Shown: piece by piece, positions 26,989 to 36,552 of the stretch
Layout of the letters: every line of letters begins with the position of its first letter
Position numbering within the stretch: position 1 is the first letter of the stretch
NCBI GenBank assembly: GCA_031370785.1
Contig: JANMQY010000084.1
Coordinates: forward strand, 310-64,309
Origin: Candidatus Eiseniibacteriota bacterium
GTDB lineage: Bacteria > Eisenbacteria > RBG-16-71-46
Direction: 5' to 3'
DNA: 64,000 bases
Program-made: the position numbers and the translations under genes
Notes under the pieces: generated by a model
Told to the model about the DNA's origin: nothing
What the model saw: the letters and a program-made list of their open reading frames with translations, nothing else
Database searches by the model: none

Positions 26989-27774
26989 ATGAAGAATGCT
27001 ACGAAGCTCATGACCACAGCGCTCGCCCTCGGTCTCGCGGCAATCGCGGCATCGTCGGCTCAGGCAACCGTCCTCGTGAGCGAAGGCTTCAACTACGCGA
27101 ACGGCAACCTGGTTCCCAACGGTGGATGGGCCAACTACAGCGGCGCCCTGACGGACATTCAGGTCACGAGCAACCGCGCCGTCGGCTTCGGTCCCAACGC
27201 GAATGACGACCACAAGCTGTTCACGGCCCAGCCGACCACGGCCAAGACCTACGCCTGCTTCGAAGTGACGATCCCGGCCGTCGCGGGCGCGCCCAAGCCC
27301 ATCTATTTCGCCGAGCTCAAGGACGCGGGTGCAGCGAACCTCGTGTCGCGCATTTATGTGCTGCCGATCACGGGCGGCTGGACGTTTGGCCTCTCGCACT
27401 CGAGCACCAGTGCCACGGTTGGAGTGGTGGCCTGGTCGTCCACGACTCTCCTTTACGACACGCCCTACCAGCTCGTCATCAACTACGATCCGGTGGCGAA
27501 GTCGTCGACGTTGTGGGTGAATCCGGCGAACGAGCTCAGCCCGAGCGTCTCGATCACGAACTCGGCGATTGCGGCGCTCGCGGTCTCCGGATTCGGACTG
27601 CGTCAGAGCAATTCGGCGTCCACGTTGCCCTCGAGCCCGGCATATGTCGGGACCGCGGACTGGGGCTTCTCGGTGGACAATCTCGGCGTCGGCACGACGT
27701 TCGACGATGCGTGCTTCCAGGTGACTCCTTCGAATCGGTCGACGTGGGGCCGACTCAAGGTCATTTACCGCTAA
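26989..27774 (+). CDS. secreted beta-rich protein with C-terminal STWGRLKVIYR tail
   Basis: AAGGAG RBS, signal peptide ending SSAQA-T; lectin-like beta composition; TLWVNP. Confidence 0.85.
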   Translation: MKNATKLMTTALALGLAAIAASSAQATVLVSEGFNYANGNLVPNGGWANYSGALTDIQVTSNRAVGFGPNANDDHKLFTAQPTTAKTYACFEVTIPAVAGAPKPIYFAELKDAGAANLVSRIYVLPITGGWTFGLSHSSTSATVGVVAWSSTTLLYDTPYQLVINYDPVAKSSTLWVNPANELSPSVSITNSAIAALAVSGFGLRQSNSASTLPSSPAYVGTADWGFSVDNLGVGTTFDDACFQVTPSNRSTWGRLKVIYR

Positions 27775-27791
27775 CAGAGCTGCTTTTCGAG

Positions 27792-27827
27792 CGGCCGCCC
27801 GAGTTTCGCGGGCGGCCGTTTTCGTTT
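27792..27827 (+). terminator. intrinsic terminator
   Basis: CGGCCGCCCG/CGGGCGGCCG stem + TTTTCGTTT. Confidence 0.75.
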
Positions 27828-28176
27828 GAGGTCTCGGGCGCGGCGTGCCCAATTCCCCTCAAGCCAGGGACCCGTCCGGGGCCGGGACACCCTGTCGCGG
27901 GGGAGCGCCCACGGCGGGAAGGTTCTTTACACCCAGGTGGCAAGAGTCCATCACTCTCCACCCACTTCCCACCACTTGGATCGGGCGCTCAAAGAATCTG
28001 GATTCTGAGCCCAATTCCGCCTCGCACAATCTCTTGCGTCCGACACCCCATGCCCGGGTTCCCCGCCCCAGATTCCGGCCGACGAATTGCTAATTGAAAG
28101 GTCGGACGTGAACCCCTAAGCCCCGGGGCGCGCATCCAGCCGGTACCGCTCTCCAGTCCGACACCCCGGAGCATCC

Positions 28177-29976
28177 ATGCCCCGTCCCGAGAGGCCGCGT
28201 ATGCAGCCCGCCCGGAAGTCCCGTGCTCTGCGCGTCCGCGCTGCGGATGCGACTCCCGAGCGATCGCGCCCCCCGGAACGCGCGGAATCGTCGGCGCCCC
28301 ATCCCACCTCGCTGCCCGCGGAAGTCTCCCGGCAGGCCCAGCGCGAGATGGATCGGCTGCGCCGCCTGCCCTCGGGATCCCCCGAAGCCGGGCAGATTCG
28401 CGCGTACCTGCAGTGGCTGTGGTCTCTGCCCTGGGAAGCGCTCTCGAGCGAGGACGCCGATCTCAAGCAGGTCGAGGCAAGTCTCGAGCGCGATCACCTC
28501 GGCATGGCAAAGGCCAAGGAGCGCATCGTCGAGTATCTCGCCGTGCGTCGCCTCAAGCCCGATCTGCCTGGACCTGCGCTGTGCCTCGTCGGCCCGCCCG
28601 GCACCGGCAAGTCGTCGCTCGGCGCCGCCGTGGCTCGTGCGCTCAATCGTCCGTTCGTGCGCATCAGCGTTTCCGGAAGCAGCGACGCCGGCGAGCTGTG
28701 CGGCGTGAGCCGCACGCTCCCGGGTGCGCAGCCGGGCAAGATCGTACGTGCGCTGCGCGAAGCCCGCGTCGCCAACCCGGTGCTGATGATCGACGGAGTG
28801 GATCGACTGGTCGGAGAAGGCGGCCTCGAGGTCGCCGAGGTGCTGCTCGAGCTCCTCGATCCCGAGTCCAACGCCCATTTCAACGATCACTATCTCGGGC
28901 TGCCGATCGATCTTTCGCACGCGGTGTTGCTGCTGTGCGCGAACAATCTCGATGGGGTTCTGGACTCGCTCCAGGAGCGCATCGAGGTCATCGAAGTTCC
29001 GGGCTACGGCGAGGATGAGAAGATCGAAATCGCGCGTCGCTTCCTCCTGCCGCGCCAGCTCCACGATCACGGTCTCTCTCCGCGCGACATCGTGCTGTCC
29101 GAAGAGACGCTGCGCGCGATCGTCCGCCACTACACGCTCGAAGCCGGCGTGCGCGGACTCTCACGTCAGATCGCGACCGTGTGCCGCAAGGTGGCGCGCG
29201 CGCGCGCAACCGGCGACATGCGCCGCCATCAGGTCAGCCCCGCGAAGATGGAGGACTATCTCGGGCATCAGGTCTACGCGCCCGAGATGGTGGGCAAGAG
29301 CGATGAGGTGGGAGTCGCGGTCGGCCTGGCGTGGACCGCCGCCGGCGGCGAGATTCTCATCGTCGAGGCGCTCAAGATGCCGGGCTCGGGGCGGGTGGTG
29401 ACGACCGGACAGCTGGGCGAGGTGATGAAGGAGTCGGTGCAGGCCGCGCACTCCTACGTGCGCTCGCGCGCGGATCTGCTCGAGATCGACGCCGAGTCCT
29501 TTGCGAACTACGACATCCACATCCACTTCCCCGCCGCGGGAGTTCCCAAGGACGGACCGTCGGCCGGGATCACCGTCGGGCTGGTCATCGCCTCGGTGCT
29601 CAGCGATCGGCCGATCCGTCACGATGTGGCGATGACCGGCGAAGTGAGCCTGCGCGGCAAGGTGCTGGTGGTGGGCGGACTGCGCGAGAAGGCGCTCGCC
29701 GCGTATCGCGCCGGATTCCGCACCCTGCTGTTTCCGATGGCCAATGCGAAGGATCTCGGCGACGTGCCTGCCGACGTTCGCGAGAAAATCGAGATGGTGC
29801 CGGTCGAGACCATGGACGAGGTATTCACGATCGCGCTGCACCGGGTCATTGTGCCGCAGCGCATGTCGGGCAACTTCATCATCCAGGTCGAGGACGACGA
29901 GGAAGAGGACGGCGATTCGTCGCAGGAGCCGGCACAGCGCGTCGCCCGGCCCGGCCGTCGGGCTCGCCCGCGCTGA
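28177..29976 (+). CDS. lon: Lon protease variant lacking N-terminal domain
   Basis: IRAYLQWLWSLPW, KERIVEYLAV, GPPGTGKS, GLAWT, TGQLGEVMKES, KDGPSAG, GGLREK; exact start uncertain (28177 or 28201). Confidence 0.88.
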   Translation: MPRPERPRMQPARKSRALRVRAADATPERSRPPERAESSAPHPTSLPAEVSRQAQREMDRLRRLPSGSPEAGQIRAYLQWLWSLPWEALSSEDADLKQVEASLERDHLGMAKAKERIVEYLAVRRLKPDLPGPALCLVGPPGTGKSSLGAAVARALNRPFVRISVSGSSDAGELCGVSRTLPGAQPGKIVRALREARVANPVLMIDGVDRLVGEGGLEVAEVLLELLDPESNAHFNDHYLGLPIDLSHAVLLLCANNLDGVLDSLQERIEVIEVPGYGEDEKIEIARRFLLPRQLHDHGLSPRDIVLSEETLRAIVRHYTLEAGVRGLSRQIATVCRKVARARATGDMRRHQVSPAKMEDYLGHQVYAPEMVGKSDEVGVAVGLAWTAAGGEILIVEALKMPGSGRVVTTGQLGEVMKESVQAAHSYVRSRADLLEIDAESFANYDIHIHFPAAGVPKDGPSAGITVGLVIASVLSDRPIRHDVAMTGEVSLRGKVLVVGGLREKALAAYRAGFRTLLFPMANAKDLGDVPADVREKIEMVPVETMDEVFTIALHRVIVPQRMSGNFIIQVEDDEEEDGDSSQEPAQRVARPGRRARPR

Positions 29977-29995
29977 ACCATCGCAGGGCACCGTT

Positions 29996-30373
29996 CTAGG
30001 TCGGCTCGACGCCTTCGATGTCCTCGTCCGTCACCGCGCCGCCGCGCTCCAGCGCCTGCAGGTAGTCGGCGATGATCTCGCGAGCTTCGTCGGCCTCGCT
30101 GCGCGGCACCAGGATTTCTCCCCACGCCGTCGTCGTCCAGTCGCGTCGCACCGTGCCATAGCCCGGAAGCATCGTGCTGCGCAGCACCGTGCGGATGCCC
30201 CGGTGCTCGAGCACGCCACCGAGCAGCGCTCCCGATGCGGCGTCGGGCACCCGGTGCACGACCTCGGGCGCTTCATCGAACGCGGGAGGTTTGGCGTTCA
30301 GCACCACGCGGCATTTCGGGCACGCGGCCACCGCGGCCTCGTACTCCGCGCCGCACTCCGGGCAGAATCCCAT
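29996..30373 (-). CDS. zinc-ribbon + DUF2007-like small protein
   Basis: MGFCPECGAEY..CPKC; LEHRGI; EILVPRSEADEAREII. Confidence 0.75.
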   Translation of the reverse strand: MGFCPECGAEYEAAVAACPKCRVVLNAKPPAFDEAPEVVHRVPDAASGALLGGVLEHRGIRTVLRSTMLPGYGTVRRDWTTTAWGEILVPRSEADEAREIIADYLQALERGGAVTDEDIEGVEPT

Positions 30374-30374
30374 G

Positions 30375-31595
30375 TCACCCCTCGCGTCGCGTCGTGCGCA
30401 CGGTGCCGACGTAGTGTTCGCGAAGACGTCGCGCGGCCTCAGCAACGTCTTCGCGACGCGTCGCCAGCGACATCCGCACCCAGTCGCCGCACTCCGGGCC
30501 GAACGCGGTGCCGGGCAGCACCGCCACACCGAGTCCCAGCCATTCGTGCACCAGATCCCACAGCGGACGGCCGTCGCGGGCCTCCGACACGTCGGCGAAT
30601 GCGTAGAACGCGCCGCGCGGCACCGGCACCCGGATCGCGCTCTGGCCCTCGAGCCCGGCGAGCAGCAGATCGCGGCGCTCCGCATAGGCTCGGCGCATCG
30701 TCTCGACCGCGACCTGCGGTCCGCGAACCGCGGCGAGTGCCGCGCTCTGCACCGAAGGGAATACGCCGTGGGTCGTGTAGAACGAGAGCAGCGGACCCAT
30801 CACGGGACGCAGGGGCGGTGGCGAGACCACGTAGCCGATGCGCCACCCGGTCATCGCGTACGACTTCGAGAACGTATAGACGCTGAGCGTGCGCTCGGCC
30901 ATGCCGGGCATCGATCCCAGGCTCACGTGCGTGGCGCCGTCGAACAGAAGGTGCTCGTACGCTTCGTCGCTGATCACCCACAGATCGCGCTCGATTGCGA
31001 CTTCGGCAATCACTGCGAGCTGCTCGCGGGTGAGCACCACTCCGGTGGGATTGTTCGGCGAGTTCACGTACAGGCCGCGCGTCTCGGGTTGCAGCGCCGC
31101 GCGCAGCGTGGCGCCGAACTCTGCCGGTGAAATCGCGCCCGAGCCCAGACCGAGATAGGCGGGCAACGTGCGATAGCGCGCGCCATGCGCAAAGCCGACC
31201 AGCTTGGGGATTGCCATCCAGTGCGGCGAGAGCACCAGCACTTCATCGCCCGGGCTGAGCAACCCCTGAAAGGCGAGGAACAGCGCATGCGTTCCTCCGT
31301 CGGTCACGACGACGTCGTCGGGTTCGCAGCGGATGCCATTTTCGCGCGCCAGCTTTTCGACCACCGCCTGGCGAAGCGGCATCGACCCGCGCGCGTCGGG
31401 GTAGTGCGTTTCGCCGGCACGCGCCGCGGCGGCCAGCGCCTCGACCACGTGGGGCGGCGTGTCGAAGTCCGGTTCTCCGCGCTCCAGATGCATCACGCGC
31501 TCACCGGCCTGCTCGCGCGCGCGGGCTGCGGCCATCACCTGGCCGAGTTCGGAGGTCATGCGCAACACGGGGCGATCGGCGATGAGCTTGGGCAT
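30375..31595 (-). CDS. class I/II PLP aminotransferase (AspAT-like)
   Basis: GEPDFDTP, NSPNNPTG, SDEAY, FSKSYAMTGWRIG. Confidence 0.92.
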   Translation of the reverse strand: MPKLIADRPVLRMTSELGQVMAAARAREQAGERVMHLERGEPDFDTPPHVVEALAAAARAGETHYPDARGSMPLRQAVVEKLARENGIRCEPDDVVVTDGGTHALFLAFQGLLSPGDEVLVLSPHWMAIPKLVGFAHGARYRTLPAYLGLGSGAISPAEFGATLRAALQPETRGLYVNSPNNPTGVVLTREQLAVIAEVAIERDLWVISDEAYEHLLFDGATHVSLGSMPGMAERTLSVYTFSKSYAMTGWRIGYVVSPPPLRPVMGPLLSFYTTHGVFPSVQSAALAAVRGPQVAVETMRRAYAERRDLLLAGLEGQSAIRVPVPRGAFYAFADVSEARDGRPLWDLVHEWLGLGVAVLPGTAFGPECGDWVRMSLATRREDVAEAARRLREHYVGTVRTTRREG

Positions 31596-31742
31596 GGCGG
31601 ACTCCTGGAGGTCTGGATGAATTCGGTCGGCGCATTGCACTTTAGCATGCCAACCGACACCGCCCGCACCGCCTCCCCCGGCACAAGCCTTGCCCTCCAG
31701 ACCAGTCCCCGGACCGAACCTGCACCCCTGGAGGGATTTCTC

Positions 31743-33113
31743 ATGTCCAAGTTCGATCTTCGTGACATCTCGGAGCGGCTCACGCGCTCTCGCGACACCG
31801 AAGCCGTGGTTTTCGAGTTCCTCGGCTATCTACAAGCGATGCGCTCGGATTGGCGGGCGTCCCTCGCCTTCTACGAAGTCAGCCGTGATGCATTGGTGAA
31901 CGTGTACGAGCGACAGGGTCATCGCCTGATCCGCAGGGACCAGACCATCGGCGTGGACCAGTTGCCCGCCCGACTCGTGCGAAAGTTCTTCCACCCCAGT
32001 GCATTTTTCAATCGCACCGACCGCAGGGCCCTTCTGTCCCATGTGTTTCAAACCTCACCCTGGTACGAACCGGACGTGCTCGAAGCGCCCGCGCTGCGAC
32101 TCGTGACGCCGGTCGCCAACTGGCAGGCGTGCGTCTGCATGCCGCTCGTGGACCAGGAGGACATCCTCGCGATGCTGGTGATTGCGAGCGAGAAAAAGGG
32201 CGCGTTCACCAGCAACGTGATCAGCGAGCTGATTCCGGTCAAGAGCATCGCCGCGTTGGCGCTCTCGCAGCACCTCTATCGCACCTCGCATCCGCAGGTG
32301 GAAAAGGCGAACGATCGCGAAGTCCGGGCCGCGGCGGCCGACTTCCAGGAACGCATCCGCCAGCTGAACGCACAGACGGAGCAGTTGCGCGAGGAGAACC
32401 ATCTCAAGGCGCGCAAGCTGGAAGCGCTCAGCGGTCAGATCGCGGCGCTCGACCGGGACTCCGGCGAGTACCGGCAGGAGCTGGAGCGGGTGAAGAACAC
32501 CCTGTTCGCGCTCGAGGAGCAGTCCGCCGAGGCCACGCAGCATCTCAGCGCGGCGTACTCGGAGCTCAGCCAGGCACAGCAGCAGATGGTCGGTGGTCAG
32601 CAGACCCTCGACTTCTTCAAGGAGGTTTTCCGGATGCTCTCGGACGAGCACGACAGCGAAAACTTCACGCGCACGCTGGTCTCGTGGTTCTGCGAGCAGT
32701 TCGGCGTCGAGCGCTGCAGCCTGATGGTGCTCGACGGCTCGGGCGAGACGCTGCAGATCCATGCGCAGCTCGGCATCGATCCGAGCATCGCAAACCAGGT
32801 CAGGGTGCGGCTCGGGCAGGGCATTGCGGGCTGGGTGGCGCACAATCGCAAGCCGCTTTTCGTCCGCGCGCCCGAGGAGGCGATCGACTCGCCGCACACG
32901 CACCAGGACGCCTACAACTCGGACTCGTTCATCTCCGTCCCGCTGGTGCACAACAACCGTCTGTCGGGCGTCCTCAACCTGAGCAACAAGAATGACGGCG
33001 AAGTCTTCGACGACCTGGATCTCGACCGGGCGGTGCTGGCCGGCTCGCTGATCGCGATGGTGCTCGGTGCGCAGCAGCGTGCGCGACACACGGACGCCCA
33101 TCGGGCGGCCTGA
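31743..33113 (+). CDS. GAF-like - coiled coil - GAF protein with no output domain
   Basis: central heptad region; ERCSLMVLD, GQGIAGWVA, SFISVPL, GVLNLSNK (GAF); N-terminal GAF-like CVCMPL. Confidence 0.8.
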   Translation: MSKFDLRDISERLTRSRDTEAVVFEFLGYLQAMRSDWRASLAFYEVSRDALVNVYERQGHRLIRRDQTIGVDQLPARLVRKFFHPSAFFNRTDRRALLSHVFQTSPWYEPDVLEAPALRLVTPVANWQACVCMPLVDQEDILAMLVIASEKKGAFTSNVISELIPVKSIAALALSQHLYRTSHPQVEKANDREVRAAAADFQERIRQLNAQTEQLREENHLKARKLEALSGQIAALDRDSGEYRQELERVKNTLFALEEQSAEATQHLSAAYSELSQAQQQMVGGQQTLDFFKEVFRMLSDEHDSENFTRTLVSWFCEQFGVERCSLMVLDGSGETLQIHAQLGIDPSIANQVRVRLGQGIAGWVAHNRKPLFVRAPEEAIDSPHTHQDAYNSDSFISVPLVHNNRLSGVLNLSNKNDGEVFDDLDLDRAVLAGSLIAMVLGAQQRARHTDAHRAA

Positions 33114-33129
33114 TCCTTCTCTGAAGCGT

Positions 33130-33693
33130 CTAGGAAGCGTGACCCGACCTCCGTCGGATTCGGAGGCCGGGCTCGTGCGGCGTTTCGCGCGCAACCGGGC
33201 GGAACTCGGCGAGGGCGCGGCGGTGCGAGGCGAATGCGATCTGCTTCGGCAGGCGGGCGAGCGGATGGAAGCGCGCCGCGATCGCATCGTCACCGGGCCG
33301 GAGTCGTCCGCCGGTGCGCTCGGCGGTGTACAGGATCAGCACCGCACGGACGCGTGGATCGTCGAAGCCCGCATAGACACCGAACAGGCCGGTCAGTCGC
33401 GCGATGATGCCGGTCTCCTCGCGCAGCTCGCGCAGCGCGCAGTGCTCCGGCGTCTCGCCGTACTCCATGAATCCCGCCGGCAGGCACCACGTGCCGGCGC
33501 GCGGATCGAACTTGCGGCGCACCAGCAGCACCTCCGCGTCTCGCGCGAGCAGCACGCCCGCCGCCGGGGCCGGATTGCGATAGTAGATGAATCCGCATCG
33601 ATCGCAGGTGGGGCGTTGCTGCCCGTGATCGTCGCGCGGGCGAAGCGGCGTCGAGCAACGCGGACAGAAACGGAAGAGGTGTGGCTCGGGCAT
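33130..33693 (-). CDS. NUDIX hydrolase with N-terminal zinc ribbon
   Basis: FCPRC..CDRCGFIYYRNP; PAGFMEYGETPEHCALRELREETG Nudix box. Confidence 0.92.
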   Translation of the reverse strand: MPEPHLFRFCPRCSTPLRPRDDHGQQRPTCDRCGFIYYRNPAPAAGVLLARDAEVLLVRRKFDPRAGTWCLPAGFMEYGETPEHCALRELREETGIIARLTGLFGVYAGFDDPRVRAVLILYTAERTGGRLRPGDDAIAARFHPLARLPKQIAFASHRRALAEFRPVARETPHEPGLRIRRRSGHAS

Positions 33694-33980
33694 GGCGGGC
33701 GACACTACGTGGCGCGTCGGAGCCGCGCAACCGCTGGGCGCCCGGCGCCGGGCACCTTCGCGCCGTAACAAGACGCCGGCCATCGGGCAGGCGTGCGCGC
33801 CTGCTTCGAAGACGGGCATGCGAAGGCCCGGCCGGATGCTCCGGCCGGGCCCTGCGCTCCGCCGCCATCATGAGGAGCGCCGCGCTGCTCCCTTCCGCGT
33901 CGATCCACGCCCTGGATCCGTCGCGCCGCTGGCGCGTGCGGTCGGGATCGACGCCCCTCAGGACGGGGCGGCAGACCGGA

Positions 33981-35024
33981 TCAGTTCCGGTGCATCTCGC
34001 GCATCTGATCGCGGAGCTGTTTCATCTCCTCGCGCAGCTGGCGCATCTGCTCACGCAGGTCGCCGTCATCGAGCCGGTTCTGAATGCGAATGCGATCGCC
34101 GAGCGGCCCATCCTGTGAGCGGAACATCGTGCGTGTCTCGCGATTCAGTTGCGCCTCCAGCGTGCGACGGGCGCCGCGGCGCACCACGCTCAGCGTCACC
34201 TTCTGGTCGGCTCCGCTCAGCGCCTCGATCACATCGTTCGAGTCGTACACCTTGCTCGAGCCGACGGCGGTGATGACGTCTCCCGCCTTGAGACCGGCCC
34301 GCTCGGCGGGCGTATCCTTGATGACTTCGACGACCAGCGCTCCCTTGCCCTCGGGTGAGCCGAGCGCGCCGGCCAGGTCCGGATTGAGATCCTCGAGCCT
34401 CACTCCGAGCCGCCCGCGGCCCGTGAACATCCCGGGAAAATCGCGCGGCGTGGTCTCGAAGCGGAACGCGCGCGGAGCGACCCGTCCTCTGACCTCGGGA
34501 ACGACCGGCGTGGGCATGTCGGGCATGTCGGACATGTCGGGCGCTTCGGGTGTCTCGGGCGCTTCGAAACCTTCACCCTCCTGGTCGCTCCGGCCACGTG
34601 CCCGGGTCTGGCCGTCCTCGGACGGACGCGTGGCCAGCCTGGCGTTGAGTGTGCGCTTCTCGCCGTTGCGGACGATCTCGAGCGCGATGCTCTGGCCCGG
34701 ATTTTCCGCCAGCACCAGGTTCGAGAGGTCCTCCGGAGTCCGCACCGGGCGCGAGTTCAGGCGAACGATCACGTCGCCCTTGCGCAGGCCCGCCCGATCC
34801 GCGGGACTCTGCGGTACCACCCGATTCACCAGAACGCCGTCACCCTTGTAGTCGAGCCCATCGCGAAGCGCGTCGGTGAATTCCTGCGAATACACGCCGA
34901 GCCACGCCTTCGCCTTCGCATTCTCGTCACTGGCGGCGTGCGCCGGAACAATGCCGAGCGACATCGCCGCGAGCGCGATCGCCGCTGCGGTCGCGACCCA
35001 CCCCATTGGCTGTTGCCTGCGCAT
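33981..35024 (-). CDS. secreted tandem PDZ-domain protein with C-terminal coiled coil
   Basis: signal peptide; AWLGV..SPADRAGLRKGDVI; GRLGV..TPAERAGLKAGDVI; no protease domain. Confidence 0.85.
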   Translation of the reverse strand: MRRQQPMGWVATAAAIALAAMSLGIVPAHAASDENAKAKAWLGVYSQEFTDALRDGLDYKGDGVLVNRVVPQSPADRAGLRKGDVIVRLNSRPVRTPEDLSNLVLAENPGQSIALEIVRNGEKRTLNARLATRPSEDGQTRARGRSDQEGEGFEAPETPEAPDMSDMPDMPTPVVPEVRGRVAPRAFRFETTPRDFPGMFTGRGRLGVRLEDLNPDLAGALGSPEGKGALVVEVIKDTPAERAGLKAGDVITAVGSSKVYDSNDVIEALSGADQKVTLSVVRRGARRTLEAQLNRETRTMFRSQDGPLGDRIRIQNRLDDGDLREQMRQLREEMKQLRDQMREMHRN

Positions 35025-35148
35025 GAGATTTCTCCCTGTGCTAGTTTGCCGAGCCTGAATTCCACCCGAGCCTGCGTGATGAACCCGCCATTCGCGGCCC
35101 GGTTCCCGGAACCTGCCCGCTTCCTGCGTTGGACAGTCCGAGCGTGCC

Positions 35149-36525
35149 ATGAAAGTCAATGACCTGTTAAACCTCGAGGTCGAGCAGCTTGCCCTTGGCG
35201 GCAAGGGGCTCGCCCGTCACGACGGCCGTGTCGTGTTCGTGGATCGTGGGCTGCCCGGAGACTCGATCCGGGCACGGCTCACCCGGGTCAAGCGCGGCTG
35301 GGCCGAGGCGCGCCTCGAAGAGGTGGTTCGCCCCTCGCCGAGACGAGTGGATCCGCCGTGTCCGCACGTCGCGCGCTGCGGCGGGTGCCGCTTCCAGGAT
35401 CTGCCCTACGCCGATCAGCTCCTGTGGAAGGAGCGACAGCTGCGCGAGACGCTCGAACATCTCGGCGGCCTGGTCGCCCCGCGGGTGCTCCCGATCACCG
35501 GCGCGCCCGAGCAGTTCCGCTATCGCAACAAGATGGAGTTCAGCTTCGCGCCCGATGCGGCCGGCGAGCCGGTGCTCGGGCTTCACGAGCGCGGCACGTT
35601 CGACCGTATCTTCGCGCTCGAGACCTGCCTGCTGCCGAGCGCACTGACCGTCGAGATCGTTCGCTTCACCCGGGACTTCGCGCGCCGTCATCGCTGGCGC
35701 GCCTACCACCCTCGCCGCCACGATGGCGTGGTGCGCTTCCTGACCGTGCGCCACCTGCCGCTGACCGACGAATGCGCGGTGCACCTGATCGCGTTCTCCG
35801 AGGACGTGCCCGGGCTCGAGCAGTGGGCTGCCGGAGTGAGCGCGCTTTCGCCCGCGATTCGCGGGGTCATGCTGGGCCTCGCGCGCTCACGCGCAAACAT
35901 CGCGTCCAGCGAGGAGGAGCGGGTGCTGGTCGGACGCGCCACGGTGGTGGAGCGCCTGCTCGGGCTCGAGTTCGAAGCGTCGGCCAACGCGTTTCTTCAG
36001 ACCAACAGCCGGCAGGCCGAGGCGCTCTACGCCGCTGCCCTCGCCGCGGCGCGTCTGTCGGGCGGTGAGACCGTGCTCGATCTGTACTGCGGCACTGGCA
36101 CGCTCACCCTGCTGTTTGCCCGGGCCGCCTCCCGCGCGATCGGGGTCGAAAGTGTTCCCGAGGCGGTGGAGGCGGCGCGGCGCAACGCGGAGCGCAACCG
36201 CATCGCGAACGTCTCGTTCGAATGCGGAGAAGCGCGCCGGGTGCTTCGCGAGTGGGCACGCGGCGAACGTGCTTCCGCGCCGCGCCCCGACCTGGTGGTG
36301 GTGGATCCGCCACGCGCCGGACTTCACCCGCGCGTCGTCGCGCGGATCGCCGAGCTCGAGCCGAAGCGCATGGTCTACGTTTCGTGCAACCCGGCGACAC
36401 TGGCGCGCGACCTCAAGGGTTTCGCCGCTCTCGGACTCGGCCTGGACGAGGTCGCGCCCTTCGACATGTTCCCGCACACCCCGCACATCGAGTGCGTGGC
36501 GCGACTCGAGCCCACCGGGGGTTGA
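35149..36525 (+). CDS. rlmD: 23S rRNA (uracil-1939-C5)-methyltransferase
   Basis: TRAM domain, CPH..CGGC, YRNK, DLYCGTG, VDPPR, YVSCNP, DMFPHTPHIE. Confidence 0.93.
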   Translation: MKVNDLLNLEVEQLALGGKGLARHDGRVVFVDRGLPGDSIRARLTRVKRGWAEARLEEVVRPSPRRVDPPCPHVARCGGCRFQDLPYADQLLWKERQLRETLEHLGGLVAPRVLPITGAPEQFRYRNKMEFSFAPDAAGEPVLGLHERGTFDRIFALETCLLPSALTVEIVRFTRDFARRHRWRAYHPRRHDGVVRFLTVRHLPLTDECAVHLIAFSEDVPGLEQWAAGVSALSPAIRGVMLGLARSRANIASSEEERVLVGRATVVERLLGLEFEASANAFLQTNSRQAEALYAAALAAARLSGGETVLDLYCGTGTLTLLFARAASRAIGVESVPEAVEAARRNAERNRIANVSFECGEARRVLREWARGERASAPRPDLVVVDPPRAGLHPRVVARIAELEPKRMVYVSCNPATLARDLKGFAALGLGLDEVAPFDMFPHTPHIECVARLEPTGG

Positions 36526-36552
36526 ATCCGGGCTGTGCTACACTTTCCGCCC

